A DNA stretch of 64,000 bases from Thermoplasmata archaeon (GCA_035499455.1 DATJYS010000005.1:551348-615347), one strand, 5' to 3'. Shown: positions 27,857 to 38,453, counted from the stretch's first letter. Numbers and translations: made by a program. The notes: generated from the sequence alone by a model not told the origin.

Positions 27857-28838
27857 GTTCGCCCCGGGCGATCGCCTCGGCCCGGTCGAGCACCGCGTCG
27901 TCCGGCCGGGCGACCCACGCCGCGAGGTTCTCGTCGACCTGCCCCGGCCGGCTGGCGCCGAACACCGGGACCGCACCCTGGCGTCGCAGCCAGTGGAGGG
28001 CGAGGGAGGCGACGGGGAGATGGGACTCCTGCGCGAGGTCGCGCAGCGCCCGGGCCTTCGCGAGCGTCTCCTTCTCCCGTTCCGGCTCGAGGAGTCGTTC
28101 GGAGAGCCGCCGGACCCCTGCGGGGATCCGCTGGCCGTCCAGGTACCGGCCGTTCAGGAGCCCCCGCGCGAGCGGGGTGTACGCCTCGAGCAGGATCCCG
28201 TGGGTCTGGCAGTACTCGCGCACCGGGTCCCCGTCGTCCCGGTCGAGGAGGTTGTAGCGGACCTGGTTGACGGCGATCCGGGTCTCGTGAAGGTGCTTCG
28301 CCGCGGTCTCGAGATCGTCGACCGAGAAGTTCGAGACCCCGATCGCGCCGACCTTCCCTTCCTTCCAGAGCGCCTCGAGCGCGGGCATCGTCTCCTCGAG
28401 GGAGACCCGCGGGTCCGGTGCGTGGACGAGGTAGAGGTCCACGGTGCGGCGGGCGAGCCGTTCGAGGCTGTTGATGAGGCTCGCGCGGACCTGGGCCGGT
28501 CTGAGGTGCTCCCAGGAGACCTTCGTCACTACGAACGCGTCGTCCGCGCCGCCGGCCGCCCGATGCAGGACCTCGCCGAGGATCCGTTCCGAGCGCCCCC
28601 CGCCGTAGACCTCCGCGGTGTCGAACCATCGCATCCCGCGTTCGTAGGCGCGTCCGATCGTCGCCTTGGTGCGGGCCTCGTCCTCGGAGGTCCAGCGGCC
28701 GAGACCCCAGAGCCCAAGACCGAGCACGGGGTGCGGCTTCCGTCCCGCGGCGAGCGGTATCGAATCGATCGCCCCGCCGGCTGCGGGCGCCCGGGGCGCG
28801 GGGGCTCGGCGGGGTTTCGGAGCGGGGCGTTTCGTCAT
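27849..28838 (-). CDS. Aldo/keto reductase
   Basis: FDTAEVYG, TK, DLYLVH, IGVSNFS, AYTPLARG; ATGA overlap with valS stop. Confidence 0.92.
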   Translation of the reverse strand: MTKRPAPKPRRAPAPRAPAAGGAIDSIPLAAGRKPHPVLGLGLWGLGRWTSEDEARTKATIGRAYERGMRWFDTAEVYGGGRSERILGEVLHRAAGGADDAFVVTKVSWEHLRPAQVRASLINSLERLARRTVDLYLVHAPDPRVSLEETMPALEALWKEGKVGAIGVSNFSVDDLETAAKHLHETRIAVNQVRYNLLDRDDGDPVREYCQTHGILLEAYTPLARGLLNGRYLDGQRIPAGVRRLSERLLEPEREKETLAKARALRDLAQESHLPVASLALHWLRRQGAVPVFGASRPGQVDENLAAWVARPDDAVLDRAEAIARGERA

Positions 28839-31519
28839 GGGGTGCCGACCGATGCACGGCTCTCCTTCAACTGTTCGTCGATGCGCTGGATGCGCCCGGC
28901 GAGCTCCGCGGCCTTCTCCTCGGCCTCGCGGACGACCTCCGGCGGAGCGCGCGCGCGGAACCCCGCGTCGGCGAGGCGTCCCCGGCTCTTCTCGAGCAGC
29001 GCGGAGAGCTTCTCCCGCTCGCGCTCGAGCGTGTCGGTCGACCCGGCGGCGACCGGCGAGCGCTCGAGGAAGCACTCCCCGAACGGCGCGACGCGTCCGG
29101 CGGTGTGTCCGGGTGGAGCGACGCCGGCGTCGAGCAGCTCCGGGCCGGTGACGTGTGCGAGCCGCGCGATCGTCCCCCGCTGAGCGCCCAGGATCCGAGC
29201 GACCTCGGGCCCGGACGGGCGGATCCACGCTCGCGGCGACGTTCCGGGCGCGGGGGTCTCCTCCGCCTTCAGGTTGCGCAGCAGATGGACCGCCTCGAGG
29301 ACCGGCTCCATCTCGACCTCCGCGAGCGGGTCCGGCACGACCTCCGCGGCCGGAGGCCACGGGGCCGCGTCGAGCAGGCCGTCCGGATGCGGGAGGGCGT
29401 GCCACAATTCCTCGGTGACGTGCGGAACGAACGGGTGGAGCAGGCGCAGCGATCGCTCCACGACGAACAGGAGCACGGCCTGCGTCTCCCGTCGCAGCTC
29501 CTCGCCCCGCGTCCCTGAGAGCGCCTCCTTGGAGATCTCGACGTAGCGGTCGGCGACGTCGTGCCAGACGAACGAGTGGAGCGCGGTCGCGGCCCGGGAC
29601 GGTTCGAACGCGTCGAGCGCCCGGTCGATCTCGGCGCGGGTCCGCTCGTACCGCGCCAGGACCCAACGGTTCTCGAGGGCCGCGGACAGGCCGAGCACGG
29701 GCGCCCGATCCGGCGGGCCAGCCCCGGGCGGGACGTGGGGCAGCGTGAACCGCACGAGGTTCCAGAGCTTCGTGAGGAAGTTCCGCGCCCCCTCGAGCGC
29801 CGCCGGCCCGAACGGTCCGTCCTCGTCCGTCGGGTTCGGGAAGACGAGCGAGAACCGGAGGGCGTCGGCCCCCCGGGTCCGGATCACCTCCGCCGGGTCG
29901 GGGGAGTTCCCGAGGTGCTTCGACATCCGCCGGCCTTGCTCGTCGCGGAGCATCCCGGTGAAGTAGACGTCGGCGAACGGAGCCCGGCCGGTGAACCGGT
30001 ACCCGGCCATCATCATCCGGGCGACCCAGAAGAACATGATGTCGCGGCCGGTGACGAGCACGTTCGTCGGGTAGTACTGGTCGAGCGCTCCCGTTGCCTC
30101 GGGCCAGCCGAGCGCGGCGAACGGCCACAACCACGACGTGAACCAGGTGTCCAGCACGTCGGGGTCGTCCCGGAGCTCGCGGCCCCGGCACGCCGGGCAG
30201 GCGGTCGGCCGGTCGACCGCGGCGGTCGCCTCCCCGCACGCGGTGCAGTGGTAGACCGGGATCGGGTGGCCCCAGAGCACCTGCCGCGAGATGCACCAGT
30301 CCTGGATCTCCTCCATCCACCGGAAGAACGTCCGGCTCCAGCGCTCCGGGTGGATCCGGATCTCCCCCGCTTGAACACCGTGCACGGCCGGGGCCGCCAA
30401 CGGCGCCATCCGCACGAACCACTGGGTCGAGAGCCGTGGCTCGATCGGCACCTCGGAGCGCTCCGACCGCGCCACCGCATGGCGGTACGGGACCCGGCGC
30501 AGCAACGTGCCCGACGATTCGAGCGCCTCGATCGCCTGCTTCCGCGCCGCGTCGCGGTCGAGTCCCCGGTACGGCTCGGGTACCCAGGCGCCCGTGAGCC
30601 GGGCGGATTCGTCGAAGATCTCGACGGCGGCGAGGAGCTCCGGGTGGCGCGCCGCGATCTCCCGGTCGACCAGGTCGTGGCGTGGCGTGATCTTGAGCGC
30701 TCCGGCGCCGAACGCCGGGTCGACGGACGGGTCGGTGATGACCGGCACCACGCGGCCGGCGAGCGGCACGACGACCGCGCGGCCGACCTCGGCGGCGTGC
30801 CGGGCGTCGTCCGGGTGCACCGCGACCGCGACGTCGCCGAAGACGGTCTCCGGGCGGACGGTTGCGACCTCGATCCCTCCGGGGCTCCCGTCCGCGAACG
30901 CGTAGCGCAGGTAGAGCAGCTCGCCGTCCTCCTCCGTGTGGACGACCTCGAGGTCCGAGAGGGCGGTCTTCAGCCGCGGGTCCCAGTTCACCATCCGCTC
31001 GCCGCGGTAGATGAGCCCGGCCCGGTGGAGCGTGACGAATGCTTCCCGCGTCGCGCGCGCGCTGAGCGGGTCCATCGTGTAACGCCAACGGGGCCAATCG
31101 ACCGAGAAGCCGCCGAGCCGGATCTGCTCGCGGATCCGCCGCTCGTGCTCCTCGACCCAGCGTCCGATCTCGCGGAGCGCGTCCTCGCGGGAGAGGTCGT
31201 CGAAGCGCACCCCTTGGCGCTGAAGGCGCCGACGGACCTCGACCTGCGTCGCGAGCCCCGCGTGGTCGAGCCCCGGCACCCACAGGGTGGCGACCCCGCG
31301 CATCCGGTGGACGCGGGCGAGAACGTCCATCACCGTGTCGCCGAGCATGTGTCCGATCGTCAGCACCCCCGTGACGTTCGGCGGAGGGAGCACGAACGAG
31401 AACGTCGCTCCGGTCGGGCGCTCGGGGGCGTCGAACGCGTGGGCCTCTTCCCACGCCCGTTGCCACCGGGGCTCGATCGCCGCGGGATCGAACCGGGGCG
31501 CGAGCGGGCCGCCGCTCAC
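28835..31519 (-). CDS. valS: Valine--tRNA ligase
   Basis: PPPNVTG.LTIGH, WCISRQ..WGH, DIMFFWVARM, RMSKHLGN, C-terminal coiled coil. Confidence 0.97.
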   Translation of the reverse strand: MSGGPLAPRFDPAAIEPRWQRAWEEAHAFDAPERPTGATFSFVLPPPNVTGVLTIGHMLGDTVMDVLARVHRMRGVATLWVPGLDHAGLATQVEVRRRLQRQGVRFDDLSREDALREIGRWVEEHERRIREQIRLGGFSVDWPRWRYTMDPLSARATREAFVTLHRAGLIYRGERMVNWDPRLKTALSDLEVVHTEEDGELLYLRYAFADGSPGGIEVATVRPETVFGDVAVAVHPDDARHAAEVGRAVVVPLAGRVVPVITDPSVDPAFGAGALKITPRHDLVDREIAARHPELLAAVEIFDESARLTGAWVPEPYRGLDRDAARKQAIEALESSGTLLRRVPYRHAVARSERSEVPIEPRLSTQWFVRMAPLAAPAVHGVQAGEIRIHPERWSRTFFRWMEEIQDWCISRQVLWGHPIPVYHCTACGEATAAVDRPTACPACRGRELRDDPDVLDTWFTSWLWPFAALGWPEATGALDQYYPTNVLVTGRDIMFFWVARMMMAGYRFTGRAPFADVYFTGMLRDEQGRRMSKHLGNSPDPAEVIRTRGADALRFSLVFPNPTDEDGPFGPAALEGARNFLTKLWNLVRFTLPHVPPGAGPPDRAPVLGLSAALENRWVLARYERTRAEIDRALDAFEPSRAATALHSFVWHDVADRYVEISKEALSGTRGEELRRETQAVLLFVVERSLRLLHPFVPHVTEELWHALPHPDGLLDAAPWPPAAEVVPDPLAEVEMEPVLEAVHLLRNLKAEETPAPGTSPRAWIRPSGPEVARILGAQRGTIARLAHVTGPELLDAGVAPPGHTAGRVAPFGECFLERSPVAAGSTDTLEREREKLSALLEKSRGRLADAGFRARAPPEVVREAEEKAAELAGRIQRIDEQLKESRASVGTP

Positions 31520-33165
31520 CGTTCCGACCCTCCGAGCGCGTACGGGCTAAGGACGGCGAGCTCGCCGACGGCGACGATCGCCATGAGGGGGAGCCCCTCG
31601 AGGGCGTAGGCGACGAGCGGCGCGGCGGCGACGATCAGCCCCGGGATCGCGATCAGGAACGCGATCCACCCTCCCGAGTAGAGGTTCGCTACGGGGAATC
31701 CTTTGGCGCGCGCCCGACGGAACAGCCAGCCTAGCTCGACGAACGCGGCGGCAAGCACCGCGGGGAGCTCGGCAAGCACGAACGCGAGGAACAGGTCCGG
31801 GTCGTTGACCCGCAGGCTGGCGAGGGCGAGGACGATCGCGCTCGCGACAACGTAAATGAGGCAGATCAGCGTCGCCTTCCCGAGGACGACCGAGCGGTCC
31901 CGCAGCGGGAGCGTCCGGCCGTAGGAGTACGCCAGCACCTCGATCGCGAAAAACGCGGGGCCAAAGAAGGTTGCGAGGAGCGCGGCCGCCGTGACGGTTC
32001 CGATCGCGAGCCCCTGAGCCGCCGACGCCCGCGGGGCGTCGACGACCGTGAGCAGCCCGAGGGCGACCGCGTCCAGGATCGGCAGGAGGAGCAGGAAGGC
32101 GTAGCCGGGGGTGCGGCTGGCGATCCGCAGGTCCTTCGTCAGGACCGCCCACGCGGCGGCCTGCGGGTGCAGGCGGTGGGTCGTCGCCGGCGCGACGGCC
32201 GTCGTGCCGATCGGAACGTGGCCCAGCTCCCGAATCTCCCGGAAGAGCCACACCGCAGACCAGGCAACGAGCCCGAGGTAGAGCGCGGCGCCGAGGGCGA
32301 GGGCCAGCGCCGCGGCCGTGTCGAGACCGACGTCGCGGGTGCCGTGGGCCGCGACCCCGGTCAAGAGGGCGAACGGCACGGGATAGGTGGCGTAGATCAG
32401 GTCCCGGAGCAGCGACGCTCCGCGCTCCATCGCGACGTCCTGGAGGAGGAACAGGAACCGGAAACCGGTCGTCACGAAACCGAGGATCGCGAACGACGGG
32501 AGCAGCCAAAGGACCAGGAGCGTCCATCGGACGGCCGTCCCTCCTCCGCCGCCGCGCGCCCCCTGGATGCGGTGGACAAAGAACCGGCCGGTCACGAGAG
32601 AAAGCGCGAGGGCGAAGACGACGGACGCCACCACCCCCGGAACGATCGCGAGCCCCGCGGCCGGCCCGAGGGCGAGCCCGAGGGCGACCGGGGTGACCAG
32701 AAGCACCGTGACGATCGGGAGATCGAACAGGCGGAAGTACAGGATCGCCGCGGCGCGGCGGTAAGTCGGCCCATCGATCGGCAGCGTCTCGAGAACCGGA
32801 AGGACCGCCGAGGAGAGCAGAGTCGGCAGGACCTGGAGCCCGGTCCACCAGAGGAACGCCGCATCGAGCGTCAAGAGGCCCGTGAGGACCCCCGTGTCGA
32901 GGACCGTCGCCGGGATCACGTAGCCGAAGAGCGACGAGGAGACGCGGGCGCCGTCGTGCAGGAACGCGGCCGCTCCGATCGCCAGGAGCGCGAGGAGGGC
33001 GCTAACGATCGCCTTGCTCTGGTTGACCCGGCTCCGGCCCTTCGGAACGAGGGATTTGGAGGAGGTGACGGGAACGAGGTTCCCTTGCCGGAACGCGTAG
33101 ACCGCCTGGAAGGAGAGCTCCCCGAACGCCACGCCCCCGAGGCGCCACGCCTCGCGCCAGCCCAT
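31516..33165 (-). CDS. Multi-pass membrane protein, ABC-2-type permease
   Basis: Many TM segments, KDLRIASR motif, directly downstream of the ABC ATPase. Confidence 0.75.
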   Translation of the reverse strand: MGWREAWRLGGVAFGELSFQAVYAFRQGNLVPVTSSKSLVPKGRSRVNQSKAIVSALLALLAIGAAAFLHDGARVSSSLFGYVIPATVLDTGVLTGLLTLDAAFLWWTGLQVLPTLLSSAVLPVLETLPIDGPTYRRAAAILYFRLFDLPIVTVLLVTPVALGLALGPAAGLAIVPGVVASVVFALALSLVTGRFFVHRIQGARGGGGGTAVRWTLLVLWLLPSFAILGFVTTGFRFLFLLQDVAMERGASLLRDLIYATYPVPFALLTGVAAHGTRDVGLDTAAALALALGAALYLGLVAWSAVWLFREIRELGHVPIGTTAVAPATTHRLHPQAAAWAVLTKDLRIASRTPGYAFLLLLPILDAVALGLLTVVDAPRASAAQGLAIGTVTAAALLATFFGPAFFAIEVLAYSYGRTLPLRDRSVVLGKATLICLIYVVASAIVLALASLRVNDPDLFLAFVLAELPAVLAAAFVELGWLFRRARAKGFPVANLYSGGWIAFLIAIPGLIVAAAPLVAYALEGLPLMAIVAVGELAVLSPYALGGSER

Positions 33166-33166
33166 C

Positions 33167-33967
33167 CTACCGCTCCCCGAGCAGGGCGACCGCGTCGGAG
33201 AGCCCTTCGTCCTCCCGCGTGAGCCGAAGGAAGATCTCCTCCAGGGAGGCGTCGCCGCTCTCGATGCGCCCCCGCAGCTCGGGGACCGTTCCTTCCCCCT
33301 GGAGGACGCCGCCGTCAAGGATGCCGACGCGGTGGCAGAGCTCCTGGGCGACCTCCATCGTGTGCGTCGAGAAGAGGACCCCTCGGCCGCTCTCCGTGAC
33401 GTACCGGCGGAGGAGGTCCTTCACGATCCGCACCGACCTCGGGTCGAGGCCGTTCAACGGCTCGTCGAGCACGAGCAGCCGGGGGGCGTGCAGGAGCGCG
33501 GCGATCAGGAGGACCTTCTGGCGCGTGCCGTTCGACAGCGCCACGATCGGCTCCTCGAACTCCGACTCGAGACGGAACGCCAGGGCGTACGTCCGCGCCC
33601 GGGCCGTCGCCGTCGACGCGTCGAGCCGCCGGACCCCAGCGACGAACTCAAGGAACTCCCTCGGCGTCAGCGAGTCGTAGAGCATCGAGGTCTCGGGGAC
33701 GTAGCCGATCTCCTCCTTCGTGCGGAGCCCCGCCTCGGTCACGTCCAGGCCGAAGACCCGGACGCGTCCCGCGTGCGGGCGCACGAGGCCGACCACGGAC
33801 TTGATCGTGCTCGATTTCCCCGCCCCGTTGGAGCCGAGCAGTCCGTAGATCTCGCCGGGGCGGACGGTGACGGTCAGACCGGAGACCGCCCGCCGCTCGC
33901 CGTACTGGACGACGAGCCCCTCGATCGCGAGGGGCGGGCCCCTCGGCGATGCGGGGTCCGTCGCCAT
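33167..33967 (-). CDS. ABC transporter ATP-binding protein
   Basis: GSNGAGKSS, LSNGTRQK, LVLDEP, STH. Confidence 0.92.
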   Translation of the reverse strand: MATDPASPRGPPLAIEGLVVQYGERRAVSGLTVTVRPGEIYGLLGSNGAGKSSTIKSVVGLVRPHAGRVRVFGLDVTEAGLRTKEEIGYVPETSMLYDSLTPREFLEFVAGVRRLDASTATARARTYALAFRLESEFEEPIVALSNGTRQKVLLIAALLHAPRLLVLDEPLNGLDPRSVRIVKDLLRRYVTESGRGVLFSTHTMEVAQELCHRVGILDGGVLQGEGTVPELRGRIESGDASLEEIFLRLTREDEGLSDAVALLGER

Positions 33968-34013
33968 CGCGATTCCATCGGCGACGAGGGTCAATAAAGA
34001 GACGGGCGCTCGG

Positions 34014-35489
34014 CTACTTCGATCGCAGGAGCGGGAAGAGGAGGGCGTCCTTGATGGAGGGGAGGCCGAGGAGGGCCATGACGAGGCGGTCGACGCCGAT
34101 GCCGATCCCGGTCGTCGGCGGAAGGCCGTACCGGAGCGCCTCCACGTAGTCGAGGTCGAAAGCGTACCGGTCGTCGCCCCGTTCCCCCAGCTGCTCCCGG
34201 AACCGCTGCTCTTGCTCGTCCGGGTCGGTGAGCTCCGTGTACGCGTTGGCGAGCTCGAACCCGGGGGCGAACACCTCGAATCGTTCGACGCGGCCGGGCT
34301 TCGTCCGGTGGCGCTTCGCAAGCGGCGTGGTCACCGCCGGGTGATCGACGACGAACGTGATCCGGTCGATCGTCGGCTCCACGTAGTGCTCGAACAGCTT
34401 GTCGAGGAACGTGCCGGTGGAGGAGTTTTCCGGGACGGTCGAGCCAGCGCGTCGGGCGAGGTCCCTGAGATCGTCCCGGGACTTCGAGGCGAGGCCCGGG
34501 ATCCCGCTCGCCTGCTCGAGCGCCTCCACGAAATCGAGCGTTGCGAACGGCGGCCGGAAGCGCGCGGCGGCCCGCACGGCGTCGGCGTTGTCGGGGAGGA
34601 GTTCGACCGTTCGCTTGGCGAGCCGCTCGAACAGCGCTTCCGTGAAGCGTCGCATGTCCTGGTAGTCGGCGTACGCCCAGTACGCCTCGAGCTCGCTGAA
34701 CTCGGGGGAATGGATCGTGTCGAGGTCTTCGTTGCGGAACGACCGCCCGAGCTCGTAGACGCGCTCCATCCCCCCGACCAGGAGGCGCTTCAGGGGCAGT
34801 TCGATCGAGATCCGCAGCTGGAGCTCGGCGTCGAGGAACTTCGAGCGGGTGACGAACGGAGCGGCGGCCGCCCCGCTCGCGATCCGCAGGAGCACGGGGG
34901 TCTCCACCTCGAGGAACCCGGCGTCATCGAACGCCCGTCGGATCTCCCGGACGAGCAGGCTGCGCACCCGGAACCGCTCGCGCACCTCGCGCGAGGAGAG
35001 GAGGTCGACGTACCGACGTCGGAGGCGCTCCTCCACGTCGGTCAGCCCGTGGAATTTCTCGGGCGGTGGTGAGATCGCCTTCGCGAGAAGGGTCAGGGAG
35101 TTCGCGACGAGCGTCGGCTCTCCTTTCCGGGTAAGCGTCGGATGGCCCTCCGCGCCCAGGATGTCTCCGGGGTCGAGCTCCGAGAGCCAGCCCCGGTAGC
35201 ACTCTTCTCCGAGCTCGTCAACCCGGAACAGTAGTTGGACCGATCCGGCGAGGTCGTCCAGGTCGGCGAACGCCGTGCGCCCGTGCTGTCGGATCGTACG
35301 CAATCGGCCGGCGACGCGCAGGACCGCGACGCCCGGGTCACCCCCCGGGGTCAGAGTGGCGCACGCCAAGCGCACGGCGTCCGAACCGACCCGACCCGGA
35401 AACTCCCACGGATACGGCTCGCGCCCGCTCGCCCGGATCCGAGCGACCTTCGCGCGTCGCTCCTCTTCGAGCGGAGTCCCGTCCCCCAT
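34014..35489 (-). CDS. lysS: Lysine--tRNA ligase, class II
   Basis: OB anticodon domain, PEKFHGL...RRRYVDL, FRNE...HSPEF, YGLPPTTGIGIGVDRL. Confidence 0.96.
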   Translation of the reverse strand: MGDGTPLEEERRAKVARIRASGREPYPWEFPGRVGSDAVRLACATLTPGGDPGVAVLRVAGRLRTIRQHGRTAFADLDDLAGSVQLLFRVDELGEECYRGWLSELDPGDILGAEGHPTLTRKGEPTLVANSLTLLAKAISPPPEKFHGLTDVEERLRRRYVDLLSSREVRERFRVRSLLVREIRRAFDDAGFLEVETPVLLRIASGAAAAPFVTRSKFLDAELQLRISIELPLKRLLVGGMERVYELGRSFRNEDLDTIHSPEFSELEAYWAYADYQDMRRFTEALFERLAKRTVELLPDNADAVRAAARFRPPFATLDFVEALEQASGIPGLASKSRDDLRDLARRAGSTVPENSSTGTFLDKLFEHYVEPTIDRITFVVDHPAVTTPLAKRHRTKPGRVERFEVFAPGFELANAYTELTDPDEQEQRFREQLGERGDDRYAFDLDYVEALRYGLPPTTGIGIGVDRLVMALLGLPSIKDALLFPLLRSK

Positions 35490-35543
35490 CGGTCGCCGCC
35501 GGCGAGGGGTCGGCGGGTAGAAAACGGCTCGTGCGGACGGCCG

Positions 35544-35945
35544 TCAGTTCGCCGGGTTCTCGAGCGCGAGGCGCTCGACACCGCCGGGACGGAAGAGCGC
35601 GAGATGCTCCGGCACGGCCGCTTCCTTGCCGGCGGGGCGGGCGGGCTCGTGGAGCAACAGGAACGTGCCGAGGAAGAACTCCGCGGCGGCGTCCCCGCCG
35701 CCGATGCCGTAGCTGACGTAGTCGGAGAAGTAGACGTGTACCTGAGCCGACCGGGTCCGGCGGATCGCCGCGAGGAAGGCGCGAGACTCCTCGGTCCCCT
35801 TGCGCTCGATCTCGTCCATCAGGTCGCGCAGGATCGGCCGCTGGCTCAGGCCGGCGAGGCCGTCGTACGAGAGGTAGATCGCCGGACGGGGCTCGAGGGC
35901 GACGATGTCGAGCCGCAGGACGGCTTCCACCGGTTTCGTGCGCAT
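35544..35945 (-). CDS. Hypothetical protein
   Basis: ATG start, protein-like composition, TATA-like CTTAAT about 25 nt upstream. Confidence 0.6.
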   Translation of the reverse strand: MRTKPVEAVLRLDIVALEPRPAIYLSYDGLAGLSQRPILRDLMDEIERKGTEESRAFLAAIRRTRSAQVHVYFSDYVSYGIGGGDAAAEFFLGTFLLLHEPARPAGKEAAVPEHLALFRPGGVERLALENPAN

Positions 35946-35981
35946 GGTGAGCGGCCTACCCGGGGTGCATTAAGAAAGCTT

Positions 35982-36011
35982 CGGGCCGGCGCGCCGGGAG
36001 GCGCCGGCCCG
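35982..36011 (-). terminator. GC-rich hairpin downstream of thermosome gene
   Basis: CGGGCCGGCGC-N8-GCGCCGGCCCG, 11-bp stem. Confidence 0.45.
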
Positions 36012-36038
36012 GGAAACGGGGGTGGGCCGGGGGACGAT

Positions 36039-37667
36039 CTAGTGGTCGTGCCCGCCGCCGGCGCCGCCCGGGGGGGCAGGGCTCGACCGCTTCGAGGCGA
36101 TCACGTCATCGATCCGGAGCACCATGTTGGCGACCTCGACCGCCGAGCTCAACGCCTGGCGCTTGACGCGCAGGGGCTCGATCACGTGGAGCTTCCACAT
36201 GTCGGCCGCCTTGCCGTCCGCGAGGTTCACGCCGATGTTCTTGTTGCTGGAGGAGCCGTCGTGCGCGCTCCGCAGCTCGATGAGCGTGTTGATCGAATCG
36301 TAGCCGCCGTTCTCGGCGAGCGCCCACGGCACCGCCTCGAGCGACTGGGCGAACGCCTCGGCGGCGAGCTGCTCGCGGCCGCCGACCGACTGGGCCCACT
36401 TGCGCAGCTTGACCGCGAGCTCGATCTCGGTGGCGCCCCCGCCGGGGCAGACGACCCCGTCCTCGAGGACGCTCGCCACGACCTTGAGCGCGTCGTGCAG
36501 CGACCGCTCGACCTCCTGGGTCACGTGCTCGGTGCCGCCGCGGATGAGGATCGAGACCGACCGCGGGTTGGAGCAGCCCGTGACGAACGTCATGTCGTCG
36601 TCTCCGACCTTGCGCTCTTCGACCTTGGCCGCCTGGCCGAGGTCCGCCGGGGTCAGCTCCTTGATGCCGGTCACGATCTTGCCGCCCGTGGCGCGGGCGA
36701 GCTTCTGGAGGTCGGACTCCTTGACCTGCTTCAGGGCGTAGATGCCGTCCTTCGCCAGGTAGTGGAGGACCACGTCGTCGATCCCCTTCTGGCAGACGAT
36801 GACGTTCGCCCCGGAGGCCTTGACGGCGTCCGCCATCTTGCGGAACGTCTTGTCTTCCTCGTCAAGGAAGCTCTGGATCTGGGACGGGTTCTTGATGTTG
36901 ATCTTGCTCTCGATCTCGGTCTTCTTGACCTCGAGCGCCGAGTTGAGCAGCGCGATCTTCGCGCCGCTGACCTCGGACGGCATGCGGGGGTGTCCGCGTT
37001 CCTTGTCGAGGACGATCCCCTCGATGAGCTCGGTGTCGTGGATCGTGCCGCCGTGGCGCTTCTCGACCTTGATCTGGTCGACGTCGCAGACGGTCTTGCC
37101 GCCGCGCTGCTCCGCGATCTTCTGGACCGCCTTGACCGCGATCTGGGCAAGCTCGTCCCGCGAGCCGGCGACGCCCTTCGACCCCATGGCCGTGCGCGCG
37201 CAGTCCACTAGGATCGCCTGGTCGTCCGCCTTGACCGTCGTACCGATCTCCTCCTCGAGGAGCCGGCGCGCTTCCTGGACGGCGAGCTGGAAACCGCGAG
37301 TGATGACCGTGGGGTGGACGTCCTGCTCGAGGAGACGCTCCGAGCGCTTCAGCAGCTCGCCGGCGAGGACCACGGCCGTCGTCGTCCCGTCGCCGCACTG
37401 CTGGTCCTGGGTCTTCGCGACCTCAACGAGCATCTTCGCGGCCGGGTGCTCGACGTCGACCTCCTTGAGGATCGTCACGCCGTCGTTCGTGATCGTGATG
37501 TCGCCCATCGAATCGACCAACATCTTGTCCATGCCTCGGGGGCCGAGGGTCGTCCGAACGGTGTCGGCGACCGCCCGCGCGGCGGCGATGTTGTTCGAAG
37601 AGGCTCCCTTTCCGCGCTCGCGTTCCGTGCCTTCCTTCAGGATGAGGATCGGGGTGCCCTGCATCAT
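36039..37667 (-). CDS. ths: Thermosome (group II chaperonin) subunit
   Basis: TLGPRGMDKM, ITNDGVTIL, GDGTTT; TATA TTTATATA upstream. Confidence 0.98.
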   Translation of the reverse strand: MMQGTPILILKEGTERERGKGASSNNIAAARAVADTVRTTLGPRGMDKMLVDSMGDITITNDGVTILKEVDVEHPAAKMLVEVAKTQDQQCGDGTTTAVVLAGELLKRSERLLEQDVHPTVITRGFQLAVQEARRLLEEEIGTTVKADDQAILVDCARTAMGSKGVAGSRDELAQIAVKAVQKIAEQRGGKTVCDVDQIKVEKRHGGTIHDTELIEGIVLDKERGHPRMPSEVSGAKIALLNSALEVKKTEIESKINIKNPSQIQSFLDEEDKTFRKMADAVKASGANVIVCQKGIDDVVLHYLAKDGIYALKQVKESDLQKLARATGGKIVTGIKELTPADLGQAAKVEERKVGDDDMTFVTGCSNPRSVSILIRGGTEHVTQEVERSLHDALKVVASVLEDGVVCPGGGATEIELAVKLRKWAQSVGGREQLAAEAFAQSLEAVPWALAENGGYDSINTLIELRSAHDGSSSNKNIGVNLADGKAADMWKLHVIEPLRVKRQALSSAVEVANMVLRIDDVIASKRSSPAPPGGAGGGHDH

Positions 37668-37775
37668 GGTCTTACCATCACGGGGAGACTTGCGCTTCTA
37701 TATAAAGACAACCAACGCCCTTGCCCCCCCGGAGCGGGAGAGTCGCCATCGGGCCGACCGTTCACTTCGGCCCCG

Positions 37776-38345
37776 TCACGCCAACGGTCGGGGTCCACTG
37801 GACCGCGGAAGGAGGGACGCGAGCAGCTCCACGACTCGCTCGGCCGGCGCGGAAGCGTCGACCTCGATTCCGGCAGCGAACCGGGTGCTCTTCCGATAGA
37901 CCTCCCGGGCGGCGGACGCGCCGTGCGGGTGCTCCCGCCCGGCGTCCCGAGCGATGCACACCGAGAGCGGTGCCATGAGCGTGAAAATGTGACCGGAACA
38001 ACCCAGTCGATCCCCGAGATCCTTGAGCTGTTCCTCCCAGTAGAAGTTTCCATCGAGGATTGCGGGCCGGTCCTGCTCTAGGGGGGTGGTGGCCCTCGCC
38101 ACGGCGATCTTGTTGGCTCGCAGAAACTCCTCGAGCCCACCGTCCACCCAGAGATCGTTCTCCTCCAGGATGCCATCGATCGAAATGTACTCGGCGTGAA
38201 TCCGTCCGGCGAGAAGTCGGGCAACGGTGGTCTTCCCGACGCCTAGTGGACCACGGATCACGACGTAGTAGGCACTAGTCCGTGGGGGTGGGCTGTATGT
38301 CTGCGCGCCGACGGAATCCGGAGATACCTCTCGCGGGCGATGCAC
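37776..38345 (-). CDS. P-loop nucleotide/gluconate kinase-like (AAA_33) protein
   Basis: RGPLGVGKTT, ILDG, CIARDAGR lid; start uncertain. Confidence 0.75.
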   Translation of the reverse strand: MHRPREVSPDSVGAQTYSPPPRTSAYYVVIRGPLGVGKTTVARLLAGRIHAEYISIDGILEENDLWVDGGLEEFLRANKIAVARATTPLEQDRPAILDGNFYWEEQLKDLGDRLGCSGHIFTLMAPLSVCIARDAGREHPHGASAAREVYRKSTRFAAGIEVDASAPAERVVELLASLLPRSSGPRPLA

Positions 38346-38453
38346 GCGGGACCGAAGATCGGCCGGACTCCTTCAAGCTGCTGGGCAGTGGCTTCGGTGC
38401 TGCTCCCTCGCCGATAGGCCGCGCGGAGCGCGGACCCGAGCGGGCAGCGAAGG

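Noticed and set aside
24600..31466. Apparent giant fusions (24600-26519, 26541-27800, 27849-31466; likewise 6721-8961, 10591-12942)
   Set aside because: Only the C-terminal parts are real. The N-terminal extensions are stop-free alternate frames of upstream genes, and internal starts with stop/start overlaps or TATA boxes exist.
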